A stretch of 64,000 nucleotides of DNA from Candidatus Pseudothioglobus aerophilus (GCA_014384565.1 JACNFO010000039.1:623-64622); one strand, 5' to 3'. Positions 11,919-22,072 are shown, counted from the stretch's first letter. Notes: generated by a model from the sequence alone, not told the origin. A program made the numbers and translations.

Positions 11919-12368
11919 ATGAATAAAATAAACCCCACTACATGTGTCGCCACAAGTAATCTAAAAATTGACATTCCTGACAACCAGGGAAGAAACATTG
12001 TTCTCTACTTTTATCCAAAAGATGACACCCCTGGATGCACCATTGAAGGCAACGACTTTTCTAGGCTTAATGGTGACTTTGCTGCAAATAATTCAGTGAT
12101 CTATGGCGTCTCTAGAGACTCCATTGCATCGCACGAAAAATTCATCAACAAGTTCAACTACACAATCGACCTAATCTCAGACGAGGACGAGTCTTTGTGT
12201 AAGCAGTTTGATGTTTTAAAGCTTAAAAAAATGTATGGTAAAGAGCACATCGGTATCGTCAGATCGACTTTCGTTATTAGCCCGGACGGAGACATTCTCA
12301 AGCAGTGGGATAAAGTCAAGGTAGATGGTCATGCTGAAGAAGTACTCGACTTTATAAAGACACTATGA
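11919..12368 (+). CDS. bcp: Peroxiredoxin Bcp/PrxQ
   Basis: LYFYPKDDTPGCT, GVSRD, RSTFVI. Confidence 0.9.
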   Translation: MNKINPTTCVATSNLKIDIPDNQGRNIVLYFYPKDDTPGCTIEGNDFSRLNGDFAANNSVIYGVSRDSIASHEKFINKFNYTIDLISDEDESLCKQFDVLKLKKMYGKEHIGIVRSTFVISPDGDILKQWDKVKVDGHAEEVLDFIKTL

Positions 12369-13069
12369 ACTCAAACGTTGACCACGAAGAGGTAAATAAA
12401 TTTGCAGTCCTAGCAGCGCGCTGGTGGGACAGAAATTCAGAGTTTAAACCGCTTCATGATATTAATCCGCTTCGCCTTAACTATATCAAAGAGCAGTGCG
12501 GAGGTACTCTCGAAGGCAAACGCATTCTTGATGTGGGGTGTGGCGGCGGAATACTGAGTGAGTCTCTAGCGCTTGAAGGTGCAACTGTGGTTGGTATTGA
12601 TCTAGCTGAAGCGGGACTTGAAGTGGCTAAACTTCACCTCCTCGAGTCTGGCCTGGATGTTGATTACCAATCCATATCAGCTGAAGATTTAGCTGAAAAA
12701 GAGACCGAATCTTTTGATGTCATCGCCTGCCTTGAAATGTTAGAGCACGTTCCTGAACCTTCACTGGTGATCAAGGCCTGCTCAAAGTTAGTCAAGCCTC
12801 AAGGAAAAGTTTTCTTTTCAACGATCAATAGGAATCCAAAGTCATACTTTTTTGCCATTGTTGGCGCTGAATATGTATTGAATCTTCTGCCGAAAGGGAC
12901 CCACAACTATGAGAAGTTTATTCGCCCAAGCGAGATAGATGGATGGGCTAGAAATTTTAATTTATCGATTAACTCGATTATTGGTATGACTTACAACCCA
13001 CTCACTAAGAAATACAAACTAGGTGATGATGTTAGCGTTAATTACATGACTCACTACGAGAAAGGCTAG
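12365..13069 (+). CDS. ubiG: 3-demethylubiquinone/2-polyprenyl-6-hydroxyphenol O-methyltransferase
   Basis: WWD..SEFKPLHDINPLRL, LDVGCGGGILSESLA, EMLEHVP, STINRN. Confidence 0.94.
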   Translation: MNSNVDHEEVNKFAVLAARWWDRNSEFKPLHDINPLRLNYIKEQCGGTLEGKRILDVGCGGGILSESLALEGATVVGIDLAEAGLEVAKLHLLESGLDVDYQSISAEDLAEKETESFDVIACLEMLEHVPEPSLVIKACSKLVKPQGKVFFSTINRNPKSYFFAIVGAEYVLNLLPKGTHNYEKFIRPSEIDGWARNFNLSINSIIGMTYNPLTKKYKLGDDVSVNYMTHYEKG

Positions 13070-13095
13070 AAATTAAACAATATAACTAAATTTAA

Positions 13096-13665
13096 TTACA
13101 AAACATTCTTCGCTGATACTTCAATAGCATGCAGCATTGAGACTCCGAAAGATCGCATTGTTAGAAGGACATAAGAATCGTCATCATCTCTATAAATTAT
13201 GGTCCCTATATGCTCCATAATAGTCCTAGAGACATTGCCAACAGAAAATACGTTTTTACTTAGATCGATTGGACAAATTCTCTCCAAAACATCTCTGCTT
13301 CTTGGGCCATTAACCCTAATCATCGCCCATGTATCAGATTGATCAGTATAGTAGGCAGGAGCATTTAATCTGTTTGCAATATTTACTTCCGCATCATTCC
13401 CTTCATAAGAAAAATAGGCTAGAACTTGATTTTTTTGTAAACGCCAAAGCGTTATAGACGAGTCTTTAGATTGAGTTGATCGCTCCATACCAGGAAGCGA
13501 TAAGCCACAAGATTTTGTCATTGATGACTCAATCTCTGTAAATTTGGACCTTGGTAATGCAACCATAACTAATGACTTGCCAACCACTTCTGAGACAGTT
13601 ACTCCTTCAAACTCATGCTCAGCACCATCAAGTGCAGATTCTACTACTAATTCATAATCAGACAC
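13096..13665 (-). CDS. soxG: Heterotetrameric sarcosine oxidase / N-methylglutamate dehydrogenase gamma subunit (SoxG/MgdD-like)
   Basis: DQSDTW, VNGPRSRDVLERICPIDL, MRSFG. True start is probably GTG at 13665, overlapping the alpha-subunit stop. Confidence 0.8.
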   Translation of the reverse strand: MSDYELVVESALDGAEHEFEGVTVSEVVGKSLVMVALPRSKFTEIESSMTKSCGLSLPGMERSTQSKDSSITLWRLQKNQVLAYFSYEGNDAEVNIANRLNAPAYYTDQSDTWAMIRVNGPRSRDVLERICPIDLSKNVFSVGNVSRTIMEHIGTIIYRDDDDSYVLLTMRSFGVSMLHAIEVSAKNVL

Positions 13666-16606
13666 GTAAACGCTCCCCTTCTGGATCAACAAAGTGAGGG
13701 CTGCATATTTCAACTTCAATATCATTGCCTCTCACTAAATCAACTGCTCGAACAAATTCGCCTTTGCGGCTGTGTCCGCTCTTAATAAAACCAATGCCAA
13801 TATAATGACCTAATATTGGTGAATAAATACAAGATGAAATCCAGCCCTGATCTGTTTCAGTCGATGGCTTATCTCTTAAGTTAAGGAGGTGTGAGCCAGC
13901 CTGAAGAAGGTCTTGAGTATTAACTGGTTTAAAGCCGACCATCTGCATGCGATCGTCACGAAGAAGATCTTCACGCAATCCAAGCTTATAACCTATAAAG
14001 TCTTTCTTGCCAGAAATCATTCCACCCATTCCTAAATCGTAGGCGCTAGTTTGACCATTAAGCTCTGGACCAGCAGCGTGACCTTTTTCAATTCGCATTA
14101 CGCCTAAGGCTTCAGTACCATAAGGCACAACATTAAACTCTTCACCCGCCTCCATTAGAGTTCTCATAAGTGAATCACCATAGCGAGTTTGAACAGCAAT
14201 TTCATAAGCCAACTCACCTGAAAATGATATTCTAAAGAGTCTTGCAGGTATTCCTCCGCAAACTGTAATCTCACCTGCAGCCATATAAGGGAATGCTTCA
14301 TTTGAAATATCACAATTTGAATCTACAACTTTTTGAAGTAACTTTCTAGAGTTTGGACCAGCAACTGCATACTGTGCAAACTGCTCCGTAACTGAAATCA
14401 TGTGTACATCAAGATCAGGCCATAAGCATTGATGACAAAACTGTAAATGGCGATAAACGTTAACAGCATTTGCAGTGGTTGTGGTCATTACAAAATGATT
14501 TTCAGAAAGTCTTGCGGTTGTTCCATCATCCATTACCATTCCATCTTCACGCAGCATTAGGCCATAACGAGTTTTACCCACTGGCACTTTTGCAAAAGCA
14601 TTTACATAGACTTTGTTAAGGAACTCTGAAACGTCAGCGCCTTTAATATCGATCTTACCGAGAGTTGTTACATCACAAATACCAACCGATGCTCTTGTTT
14701 GTTTTACCTCACGGTCAACAGATTCACGCCAATGAGTTTCTCCTGGTAATGGGAACCATTGAGAGCGATACCACATTCCAACCTCTACAAAAATAGCACC
14801 TTGCTCAACAGACCATTTATGGCTTGGAGTATATCGTGTTGGATAAAATTCCATTCCACGCCTTCTTCCAGCAAATGCCCCAATTGCTACTGGAGAATAC
14901 GGAGGCCTAAATATCGTAGTTCCAGTCTGTTCCATGGTTTGTCCCATATTATCGGCCATAATACCAATTCCAAGAACGTTAGCAGTTTTACCTTGGTCAG
15001 TAGCCATACCTAAGGTTGTATAGCGCTTAACATGCTCAACTGATTTAAATCCCTCTTGGTTTGCAAGCTTTATATCTTTTGCAGTAACGTCGTTTTGAAG
15101 ATCGACCCAAGCACGATTTTTTCCACTTGGAACCCCCCAGTTTGCAGTTACGCTATATGAAACTGTTTGAGTTTCAGCAGGATCTAATTCTTCAACTTTA
15201 TAGCCAAGATCGGAAGCGACAGCCAAACCCTCATTGTGCCCTTCAATAATTGCATCAGCCAAAACCATTGTTCCTTTAGCTCTTCCCGCAACTGACATTC
15301 CAGGTGGATTTGATTCATCTGGAATAAAAGAAGCAATCTTTTCGCTCCACTTTGGTATTCCGCGGTGATGACAAGTTAAATGAAGGTTTGGATTCCATCC
15401 ACCTGAAACAGCTAGGCAATCCGTGACTATTGACTTTCCATTAGTTAGTTTTATCGATTTTAGGGCTCTTCTACCTGAGGTATCTTCAACATCAGTACCC
15501 ATAAAAATTTCAGCACCCGGCACTCTTAGTACGGGACTAATTGAGCGAGAATCAATTACAGCAACGACTTTTATATTATTTAAAACCAAGTCTCTTGCTG
15601 TATTCCAACCATCATCATTATTTGTATAGACTGAAACTTTATCACCTGTAGCAACTGCAAATCTATTTGCATATGATCTAACGGCGCTTGCAAGCATAAC
15701 ACCTGGACGATCATTATTTCCAAATGCTATCGATCTTTCAATTGCGCCCGCACAAAGAATTGAGCGTTTGGCATAAATTCTCCAATTGACCTGACGAGGC
15801 TTATCTTTATATTCTCTAGCCTCTGACGCCCTATTTTCGATTGCACCATAAATGCCATGATCGTATACCCCAAAAATAGTTGTATCTGACATCAAGGTAA
15901 CGTTTTCCATTGCGCTCAAAGCAGCAACTGTATCTTTTGCCCATTTGCTTCCAGAAACGCCATTAATTTTTATGGACTCAGTGTTTAATCTTCCGCCCAT
16001 TAAAAAGTCTTCATCAGCAAGAATCACTTTTGCGCCGGAACTCGCAGCCGTTATGGCAGCAGATAATCCTGTTGCACCAGCACCAATAATTAAAATATCA
16101 CAATAGCGAAAACCTTTATCGTAAGTGTCAGGATCAGCCTCAGTTGAAAGAGTTCCTAGTCCGGCTGCATTTCGAATTGCAGGCTCATAAAACTTTTCCC
16201 AAAAAGCTTTAGGCCACATAAATGTTTTGTAATAAAAACCGGCACCAAGAAGTGGGGATAAAAAATCTGTAATAGCCATAAGATCAAATCCTAATGGACC
16301 TCTATGGTTTTGACTGTTTGCCTCTAATCCATTATATAACTCGGTAATAGTTGCCTTAGTGTTTGGCTCTTTATAGGCACCATTTCCAATCTCCATGATT
16401 GCATTTGGCTCCTCAGAGCCGGCAGTAACTATTCCGCGAGGACGATGGTATTTAAAAGAGCGACCAACCAATTTTTTGTTATTTGCGAGTAAGGCTGATG
16501 CAAGCGTATCACCTTCAAAACCAGTCAATATTTGACCATTAAAAGTAAAGCTTATAGATTTTTTTTGATTTACTAAACCGCCTTTGATTCTATTAATTTG
16601 ACTCAT
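13658..16606 (-). CDS. soxA: Heterotetrameric sarcosine oxidase / N-methylglutamate dehydrogenase alpha subunit (SoxA/MgdC-like)
   Basis: GDTLASALLAN, GRSFKYHRPRG, GAGATG, KRYTTLGMATDQGK, TFRPP-like IFRPPY; C-terminal GcvT-like THF-binding domain. Confidence 0.9.
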   Translation of the reverse strand: MSQINRIKGGLVNQKKSISFTFNGQILTGFEGDTLASALLANNKKLVGRSFKYHRPRGIVTAGSEEPNAIMEIGNGAYKEPNTKATITELYNGLEANSQNHRGPLGFDLMAITDFLSPLLGAGFYYKTFMWPKAFWEKFYEPAIRNAAGLGTLSTEADPDTYDKGFRYCDILIIGAGATGLSAAITAASSGAKVILADEDFLMGGRLNTESIKINGVSGSKWAKDTVAALSAMENVTLMSDTTIFGVYDHGIYGAIENRASEAREYKDKPRQVNWRIYAKRSILCAGAIERSIAFGNNDRPGVMLASAVRSYANRFAVATGDKVSVYTNNDDGWNTARDLVLNNIKVVAVIDSRSISPVLRVPGAEIFMGTDVEDTSGRRALKSIKLTNGKSIVTDCLAVSGGWNPNLHLTCHHRGIPKWSEKIASFIPDESNPPGMSVAGRAKGTMVLADAIIEGHNEGLAVASDLGYKVEELDPAETQTVSYSVTANWGVPSGKNRAWVDLQNDVTAKDIKLANQEGFKSVEHVKRYTTLGMATDQGKTANVLGIGIMADNMGQTMEQTGTTIFRPPYSPVAIGAFAGRRRGMEFYPTRYTPSHKWSVEQGAIFVEVGMWYRSQWFPLPGETHWRESVDREVKQTRASVGICDVTTLGKIDIKGADVSEFLNKVYVNAFAKVPVGKTRYGLMLREDGMVMDDGTTARLSENHFVMTTTTANAVNVYRHLQFCHQCLWPDLDVHMISVTEQFAQYAVAGPNSRKLLQKVVDSNCDISNEAFPYMAAGEITVCGGIPARLFRISFSGELAYEIAVQTRYGDSLMRTLMEAGEEFNVVPYGTEALGVMRIEKGHAAGPELNGQTSAYDLGMGGMISGKKDFIGYKLGLREDLLRDDRMQMVGFKPVNTQDLLQAGSHLLNLRDKPSTETDQGWISSCIYSPILGHYIGIGFIKSGHSRKGEFVRAVDLVRGNDIEVEICSPHFVDPEGERLRV

Positions 16607-16893
16607 TTGCCTCTACCTATTCCTCTTGAGACGTCTTGAGCTAACTCAACATTAATAATCTCATGTGATAAAGTGTTTCTAGTGACAACTAGCCAAGACT
16701 GATCGCCCTGCTCGTGGTACCAGAGCTCACGATGATCACCAGCAACATTTTCTCTAATGTACTGGTATTGATAAAAATCTTCAGCGGATGCATCATGCTC
16801 CCAATTACTGGGGCGATTTATAAGGTCAGCTGCACCTAAGTAAACAAATTCTTCAGAATCACGAGGACCAAGTAACGGGTGATTAATTATCAT
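16603..16893 (-). CDS. soxD: Sarcosine oxidase / MGD delta subunit (SoxD/MgdB-like), cysteine-free
   Basis: Sits between the beta and alpha genes; GPR..EF.Y.G, RP, RENVAG..RELWYH, VTRNTLSHEI. Confidence 0.8.
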   Translation of the reverse strand: MIINHPLLGPRDSEEFVYLGAADLINRPSNWEHDASAEDFYQYQYIRENVAGDHRELWYHEQGDQSWLVVTRNTLSHEIINVELAQDVSRGIGRGK

Positions 16894-16904
16894 ATTATGT
16901 CCTC

Positions 16905-18167
16905 CTAATGCAGATTTGGTTGAGCGCCAACACCTTTCTCATCAATCATTGCGCCACGCCTAAAGCGATCAAGTTTGTACGCTGTTGCTACTTCATGTGA
17001 GGAATTCGTTGCCAGCAAATGTGCGTAGCAGTATCCACTAGCAGGTGTCGCCTTAAAACCACCATAACACCATCCACCATTAAAAAATAATTCATCAATT
17101 TCAGTACTATCTATAAATGGAGAGCCGTCCATTGACATGTCCATAACCCCTCCCCACATTCTAAGTAATCTAGCACGCCCTATCATCGGCATAATAGCCA
17201 TACCGCCTGAACATACATCTTCAACAACAGGCAAGTTTCCACGTTGAGCATAGGTGTTATACCCATCAATATCGCCACCAAAAACAAGACCTCCTTTGTC
17301 AGACTGTGAGCAATAAAAGTGTCCAGCACCAAAAGTTATCACATTGTCCATTACTGGCTTAAGGCCTTCAGTTACAAAAGCTTGAAGAACATGACTTTCA
17401 ATAGGAAGTTTAATTCCAGCTTTCGCCATAACTCTTCCAGATGAACCTGCAACACAGACACCAACCCTTCCAGCCTTAATTTCACCTTTAGTTGTTTGAA
17501 CGCCCAAACATTTGCCATTTTCAATATTAAAGCCTGTAACCTCACAGTTTTGAATAATATCCACTCCAAGGTCACTAGCGCCTCTCGCGTACCCCCAAGC
17601 GACAGCATCATGACGAACCGTACCTCCACGAGGCTGCGATAAAGCAGCTTTAATTGGGAATCTTGGGTTGTCCATATCTAAAAATGGGTATCTTTCTTTT
17701 ACTTCTTTTGCCTCTATGAACTCACAACCCGCATCAGCAAATAACATACCGTTACCTCTTCTGATAAATGCATCACGTTGTGCGTCCGAATGAATTAGAT
17801 TCATAATACCGCGCTGTGAGACCATAGCGTTATAGTTTAAATCTTGCTCAAGATTTTCCCAAAGCTTGAGAGAAAATTCGTAAAAAGGCTCGTTACCAGG
17901 TAGTAAATAATTTGACCTGATAATGGTCGTATTTCTTCCCACATTACCACCACCTATCCAGCCTTTTTCAACAACAGCAACATTAGTAATACCATGATTT
18001 TTTGCTAAATAATAAGCAGTCGCTAAACCGTGTCCACCGCCACCAACGATGACAACATCATAACCGTCAGCTTTCGGCTCAGCATCACGCCAAGTTGGCT
18101 CCCAGCCTTTATGACCAGTCAGCGCTTCTTTGAGTACCTTAAAGCCAGAGTAGCGTGTTTTGCTCAC
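16905..18167 (-). CDS. soxB: Sarcosine oxidase / MGD beta subunit (SoxB/MgdA-like)
   Basis: GGGGHGLATAYYLAK, GRNTTIIRSNY, RHDAVAWGYA, NGGWCYGGFKATP. Confidence 0.9.
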   Translation of the reverse strand: MSKTRYSGFKVLKEALTGHKGWEPTWRDAEPKADGYDVVIVGGGGHGLATAYYLAKNHGITNVAVVEKGWIGGGNVGRNTTIIRSNYLLPGNEPFYEFSLKLWENLEQDLNYNAMVSQRGIMNLIHSDAQRDAFIRRGNGMLFADAGCEFIEAKEVKERYPFLDMDNPRFPIKAALSQPRGGTVRHDAVAWGYARGASDLGVDIIQNCEVTGFNIENGKCLGVQTTKGEIKAGRVGVCVAGSSGRVMAKAGIKLPIESHVLQAFVTEGLKPVMDNVITFGAGHFYCSQSDKGGLVFGGDIDGYNTYAQRGNLPVVEDVCSGGMAIMPMIGRARLLRMWGGVMDMSMDGSPFIDSTEIDELFFNGGWCYGGFKATPASGYCYAHLLATNSSHEVATAYKLDRFRRGAMIDEKGVGAQPNLH

Positions 18168-18171
18168 TTTT

Positions 18172-19518
18172 TTAGCTCCAAGGATACGGACTATTAGAAA
18201 CTGGATGAAGCTTGCCCGCTTTAAAGCGGCTAAACCTAAATGGCTCTAGGAGATCTTGTTTTTCACCTAGCAACTCTTCCGCTACCAAGCAGCCGACTCC
18301 TAACATTTTATATCCATGATTACTGTCTGCAATTATTGTTACATTTTCGTTATAAGTATCAATAACAGGAAAGCTGTCAGGAGTAAAGCAACCAATACCT
18401 CCAGATGGCTCTTTATGGTAATGAGGCATCATACCTTCGAACCTTTTATGGCAATGCGCAAGAGCAGATACCCACATTTCAGGGAAATCTTTACTTGCAG
18501 TAAATTCTTTACTTTCAGGGCCATATGGATCAATAGCAACATCATCTACAGGAGTATCTACTGTATATGGAGAAGCGCCGCCCTGTATTCCACCAAAACC
18601 CCAATCAGGTTTGTAATAAATACCCCATAATTGATCCGTAATTAATGATCCGTCAACAGTCGAATACAACGGAGCATCTGTGTCTACATGAAGTACTGGT
18701 GGAATTTTACCATCATTGGTTACTAAAGTTTCGGGTGGGATTTCTAAAACACCCTCCTCAAGCTGCCAAAAACGCCACATATCAATATCTTTATGAACTT
18801 CACCCTCAAGATCCTTTAATTCAATTTTAGACGGGAGTCCAAGCATATGCCAAAAATCACGAACCCAGGGGCCCGCTCCTATAATTAGGTTATCACATGC
18901 AATTGTTCCTTTATCTGTCTCAACCGCAGTAACTCTCTGGCCATCGCCTTCAGAAACAAAACCTGTAATCTCAGTTTCAAGAACAACAGTAACGCCTAAA
19001 TCCAATACCTTTTTAGAAAGACCTTCCATTGCTTTAACGTTGTTGGCATAGCCACCTGGTTTTTCATGAAGAACCGAAGTGATTCCTTCTGCTTGCCAAT
19101 CATCAAACATATTTAACATGTAATCACGCGACTCTTGCTCACCTTCAATAAAAACACTTTCATACCCAATTGCAGCTTGCTCAGTGTGAATTTGCTTAAC
19201 ATCTTCGCGCATTTTTTCACATGAAATTTGCATATAACCGTTTGCATGATAACTAAAAGCCTCTGGATCACTTTCCCAAATACTAACTGAATGCGCCATT
19301 AATTTTCGCATTGCAGGTTGAAAATAGTTATTACGGACAACACCACAAGCAATTCCAGTTGCTCCAGCTGCCACTCTATCTGATTTATCAATAATGACTA
19401 TTCGACCGTTAACGCTTTCACCATTTTCAGTTAATCGCTCAGCCAATCTCCATGCGGTTGACAATCCATGAATTCCTGCTCCGGCTATAACGTATTCCGC
19501 TTGACTCGGTAAAGACAT
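18172..19518 (-). CDS. FAD-dependent oxidoreductase, DAO/amine-demethylase superfamily, substrate unknown
   Basis: GAGIHGLSTAW Rossmann motif, GATGIACGVVRNNY, GAGPW, TPDSFP..D, DSNHGYK; ends 4 nt upstream of the soxB start. Confidence 0.8.
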   Translation of the reverse strand: MSLPSQAEYVIAGAGIHGLSTAWRLAERLTENGESVNGRIVIIDKSDRVAAGATGIACGVVRNNYFQPAMRKLMAHSVSIWESDPEAFSYHANGYMQISCEKMREDVKQIHTEQAAIGYESVFIEGEQESRDYMLNMFDDWQAEGITSVLHEKPGGYANNVKAMEGLSKKVLDLGVTVVLETEITGFVSEGDGQRVTAVETDKGTIACDNLIIGAGPWVRDFWHMLGLPSKIELKDLEGEVHKDIDMWRFWQLEEGVLEIPPETLVTNDGKIPPVLHVDTDAPLYSTVDGSLITDQLWGIYYKPDWGFGGIQGGASPYTVDTPVDDVAIDPYGPESKEFTASKDFPEMWVSALAHCHKRFEGMMPHYHKEPSGGIGCFTPDSFPVIDTYNENVTIIADSNHGYKMLGVGCLVAEELLGEKQDLLEPFRFSRFKAGKLHPVSNSPYPWS

Positions 19519-19907
19519 ACTAATCTCCTTGTGGTATTTAATTGTAAAAATAAATGTTTAAATTTGAATAAAATCTGGTTTTTAATTAGCATTATTATCT
19601 TTAAATTGGAAGCAATGAGTAGTTAAAAAATTCAAACCAAAGTGAAAATAATTCTGAGGTTGCCTAAAAATAAAATTTATACTTCCTTAAAATTATATTA
19701 TTGTATTTTAAATTCATAATATTTTAGATATTTATTGCTAATTATCTACCACAAAGGCTTAAATAGAAAATAAAAAAGCATGAATTGAGTCACCTTTTAT
19801 TTTATTAAATTGTAAATATTAACTTTAATATAGTCAAAAATGGTTCACTTTAATCACAACTTATACTAAAAGTAAGTATACTTTGATTCAACATTTAGGA
19901 AACAATT

Positions 19908-20798
19908 ATGTCTCGTAGATACTATAAATTACCACCTTTAACCTCTCTCGCAACCTTTGAGACTGCTGCTCGTCATAGAAGCTTTAAGGGTGCAGCTGAA
20001 GAGCTTGGCGTTACTCCAGGCGCAGTAAGTCATCAGATTAAGTTTTTAGAAACCGAGCTTGGTCTTTCACTATTCGATAGGAAGCATCACGGAAACAATT
20101 TAACCGATCATGGAGAATCTTTATTTGCTGTTCTTCAAAGCAGCTTTACTGCCATCTCTTCAACTCTTGCAAATCTTAGACGCTCTGCAACAGACAAAGA
20201 GGTAATTATAAGTGCTACCACTGCTATTTCTTTTATGTGGCTCCCTCCTCGATTAGCTGAATTTTGGAAGCAGCATCCCGAAATTCCTGTCAATCAACAC
20301 GTAACTGACAACCCTGACTCTCAAGGAGTAGCAGTTGACTTAAAAATTTGTTACGGTTTTGTTGAAAATGAATCTAATCAAAAACACACTCTTTTTCAAG
20401 ATGAACTTGTCCCATTATGTAGCCCTAGCTTTGCCAAAGAGTTTTTAAGCGCTTCTATTGAAGATTTAGCACAGGCACCTCTTATTCACCTTAGAGCTAA
20501 GGATAAAAATTGGTCTAACTGGTTTTCTTGGTTTAATGCTCTTGGATACAAAGGAAAAATCTCACCAGGAACTCATGTTAATAATTATATGATTGCCCTT
20601 CAAGCTGCTTCTGATGGAATGGGAATAGTCTTAGGGTGGAAGCGTCTGTGTAAACCTAAAATTGATAGTGGAGAGCTTGTTGTTCTGGGCGACACATCAA
20701 TACCAGCTCCATCTGCGATATACATTATGAGCGAAAAAGAAGATTTACTTCCGGAGAACGTCAAAATACTTAGGGATTTCCTTATTTCTAAGTCTTAA
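19908..20798 (+). CDS. LysR-family transcriptional regulator, GcvA-like
   Basis: LPPLTSLATFETAARHRSF..AAEELGVTPGAVSHQIKFLE HTH; WLPPRLAEFWKQHPEI. Confidence 0.9.
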   Translation: MSRRYYKLPPLTSLATFETAARHRSFKGAAEELGVTPGAVSHQIKFLETELGLSLFDRKHHGNNLTDHGESLFAVLQSSFTAISSTLANLRRSATDKEVIISATTAISFMWLPPRLAEFWKQHPEIPVNQHVTDNPDSQGVAVDLKICYGFVENESNQKHTLFQDELVPLCSPSFAKEFLSASIEDLAQAPLIHLRAKDKNWSNWFSWFNALGYKGKISPGTHVNNYMIALQAASDGMGIVLGWKRLCKPKIDSGELVVLGDTSIPAPSAIYIMSEKEDLLPENVKILRDFLISKS

Positions 20799-20813
20799 CT
20801 TTAAACTCTTTAG

Positions 20814-20826
20814 TGAAATCTATTCA
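20814..20826. promoter_or_regulatory. Possible LysR recognition box (T-N11-A palindrome)
   Basis: TGAA-ATCTA-TTCA about 80 bp upstream of the Rieske gene start. Confidence 0.3.
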
Positions 20827-20905
20827 ATTTTTTTAAGTAATTTTATTAAGAATAATTACTTTATGCAGATAGTATCATAGCGTTTTTTACTTCGACTTTC
20901 TCCTC

Positions 20906-22066
20906 ATGTCAATTCCTCTTAGTAACTTAGACTCTGTTCTAACATCAACTGATAAAGCAAAAGGACTACCTAACGAGCACTACGTGAGCGAGGCTGTCTT
21001 TGACGAAGAAAAAAAAGCAATTTTGTTTGATAATTGGTCAGCAATTGGGACTGGCAGCGATATACCGAATCCGGGCGATATTAAGCCACTAAATTTTGTT
21101 GGAATGCCTTTAATGTTGGTTCGTAACTCCAATGGAGCTATTAATGTATTTCAAAATACTTGTCGACATAGAGGAATGATTTTAATTAATGAACCAACAA
21201 ACATAAAAGGAGTTATAAGCTGTCCATATCATAGCTGGTGTTACAGTCTTGATGGTGATTTATTTGCAACACCTATGGTTGGAGGCACGGATATAAATAC
21301 TCATGAGTCTATTAAAAATGAAGAGCTCAGTCTCTTTAAAATTCGATCTGCAGTCTGGCAAGACGTTATCTTTGTAAACATTTCTAACTCTGCAAAGGAG
21401 TTTACTGATTACGCTTCAAAAGCCATTGCGAGATGGTCTGAGTTTGAAAAACCCCTTTATCATGGAGGTGAAAGTTCTTCATTCAAACTCAATTTAGATA
21501 CTAACTGGAAGCTAGCAGTTGAAAACTACTGTGAAAGCTACCATCTACCTTGGGTCCACCCAGAACTTAATGTTACTTCCAGTATAGAAGATCACTATCA
21601 TATTGAGGAGAAGGGTCATTTCTCTGGGCAAGGCTCTCATGTCTATAATCAAATGAAAAGTTCTGGTGGCAACGTATTTCCAGATTTTGAAGATTTATCA
21701 GATGAATGGGACACTAAAAGTGAGTATATCGCCTTGTATCCAAATGTACTTTTAGGAGTACATAGAGATCACTTTTATTCAATAATTATAGAGCCAATCT
21801 CTACAAATAAAACAATTGAGCATGTCTCACTATACTATGCAAAAGAGCCTTCTGAAATGCCAGAACTGAAAACACTTTTAAACTCTAACGCTTCTTTTTG
21901 GAAAACTGTCTTTAGTGAAGATATTGGCGTTGTAGAGGGAATGCAGCGCGGGAGGAGCGGCTTAATGTTTGATGGCGGAAAATTCTCACCAGTAATGGAC
22001 AGCGCTACTCACTGCTTTCATCAGTGGGTTGCCAAACTTTTAAAAGACTTTAGGGCAAAGCAGTAA
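20906..22066 (+). CDS. Rieske non-heme iron oxygenase alpha subunit, choline monooxygenase/GbcA/CntA-like group
   Basis: Rieske motif CRHRG...CPYHSW; iron site ENYCESYHLPWVHP with bridging Glu; EDIGVVEGMQRG. Confidence 0.85.
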   Translation: MSIPLSNLDSVLTSTDKAKGLPNEHYVSEAVFDEEKKAILFDNWSAIGTGSDIPNPGDIKPLNFVGMPLMLVRNSNGAINVFQNTCRHRGMILINEPTNIKGVISCPYHSWCYSLDGDLFATPMVGGTDINTHESIKNEELSLFKIRSAVWQDVIFVNISNSAKEFTDYASKAIARWSEFEKPLYHGGESSSFKLNLDTNWKLAVENYCESYHLPWVHPELNVTSSIEDHYHIEEKGHFSGQGSHVYNQMKSSGGNVFPDFEDLSDEWDTKSEYIALYPNVLLGVHRDHFYSIIIEPISTNKTIEHVSLYYAKEPSEMPELKTLLNSNASFWKTVFSEDIGVVEGMQRGRSGLMFDGGKFSPVMDSATHCFHQWVAKLLKDFRAKQ

Positions 22067-22072
22067 GCGAAT

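Noticed and set aside
13666-13725. Track start of soxG at 13725
   Set aside because: It lies inside soxA; the GTG at 13665 overlapping the soxA stop fits the operon's coupling pattern.
13096-18167. Reading soxBDAG as sulfur-oxidation Sox genes, given a possible SUP05 host
   Set aside because: The proteins are flavin/THF sarcosine-oxidase-family subunits, unrelated to thiosulfate SoxXAYZB.
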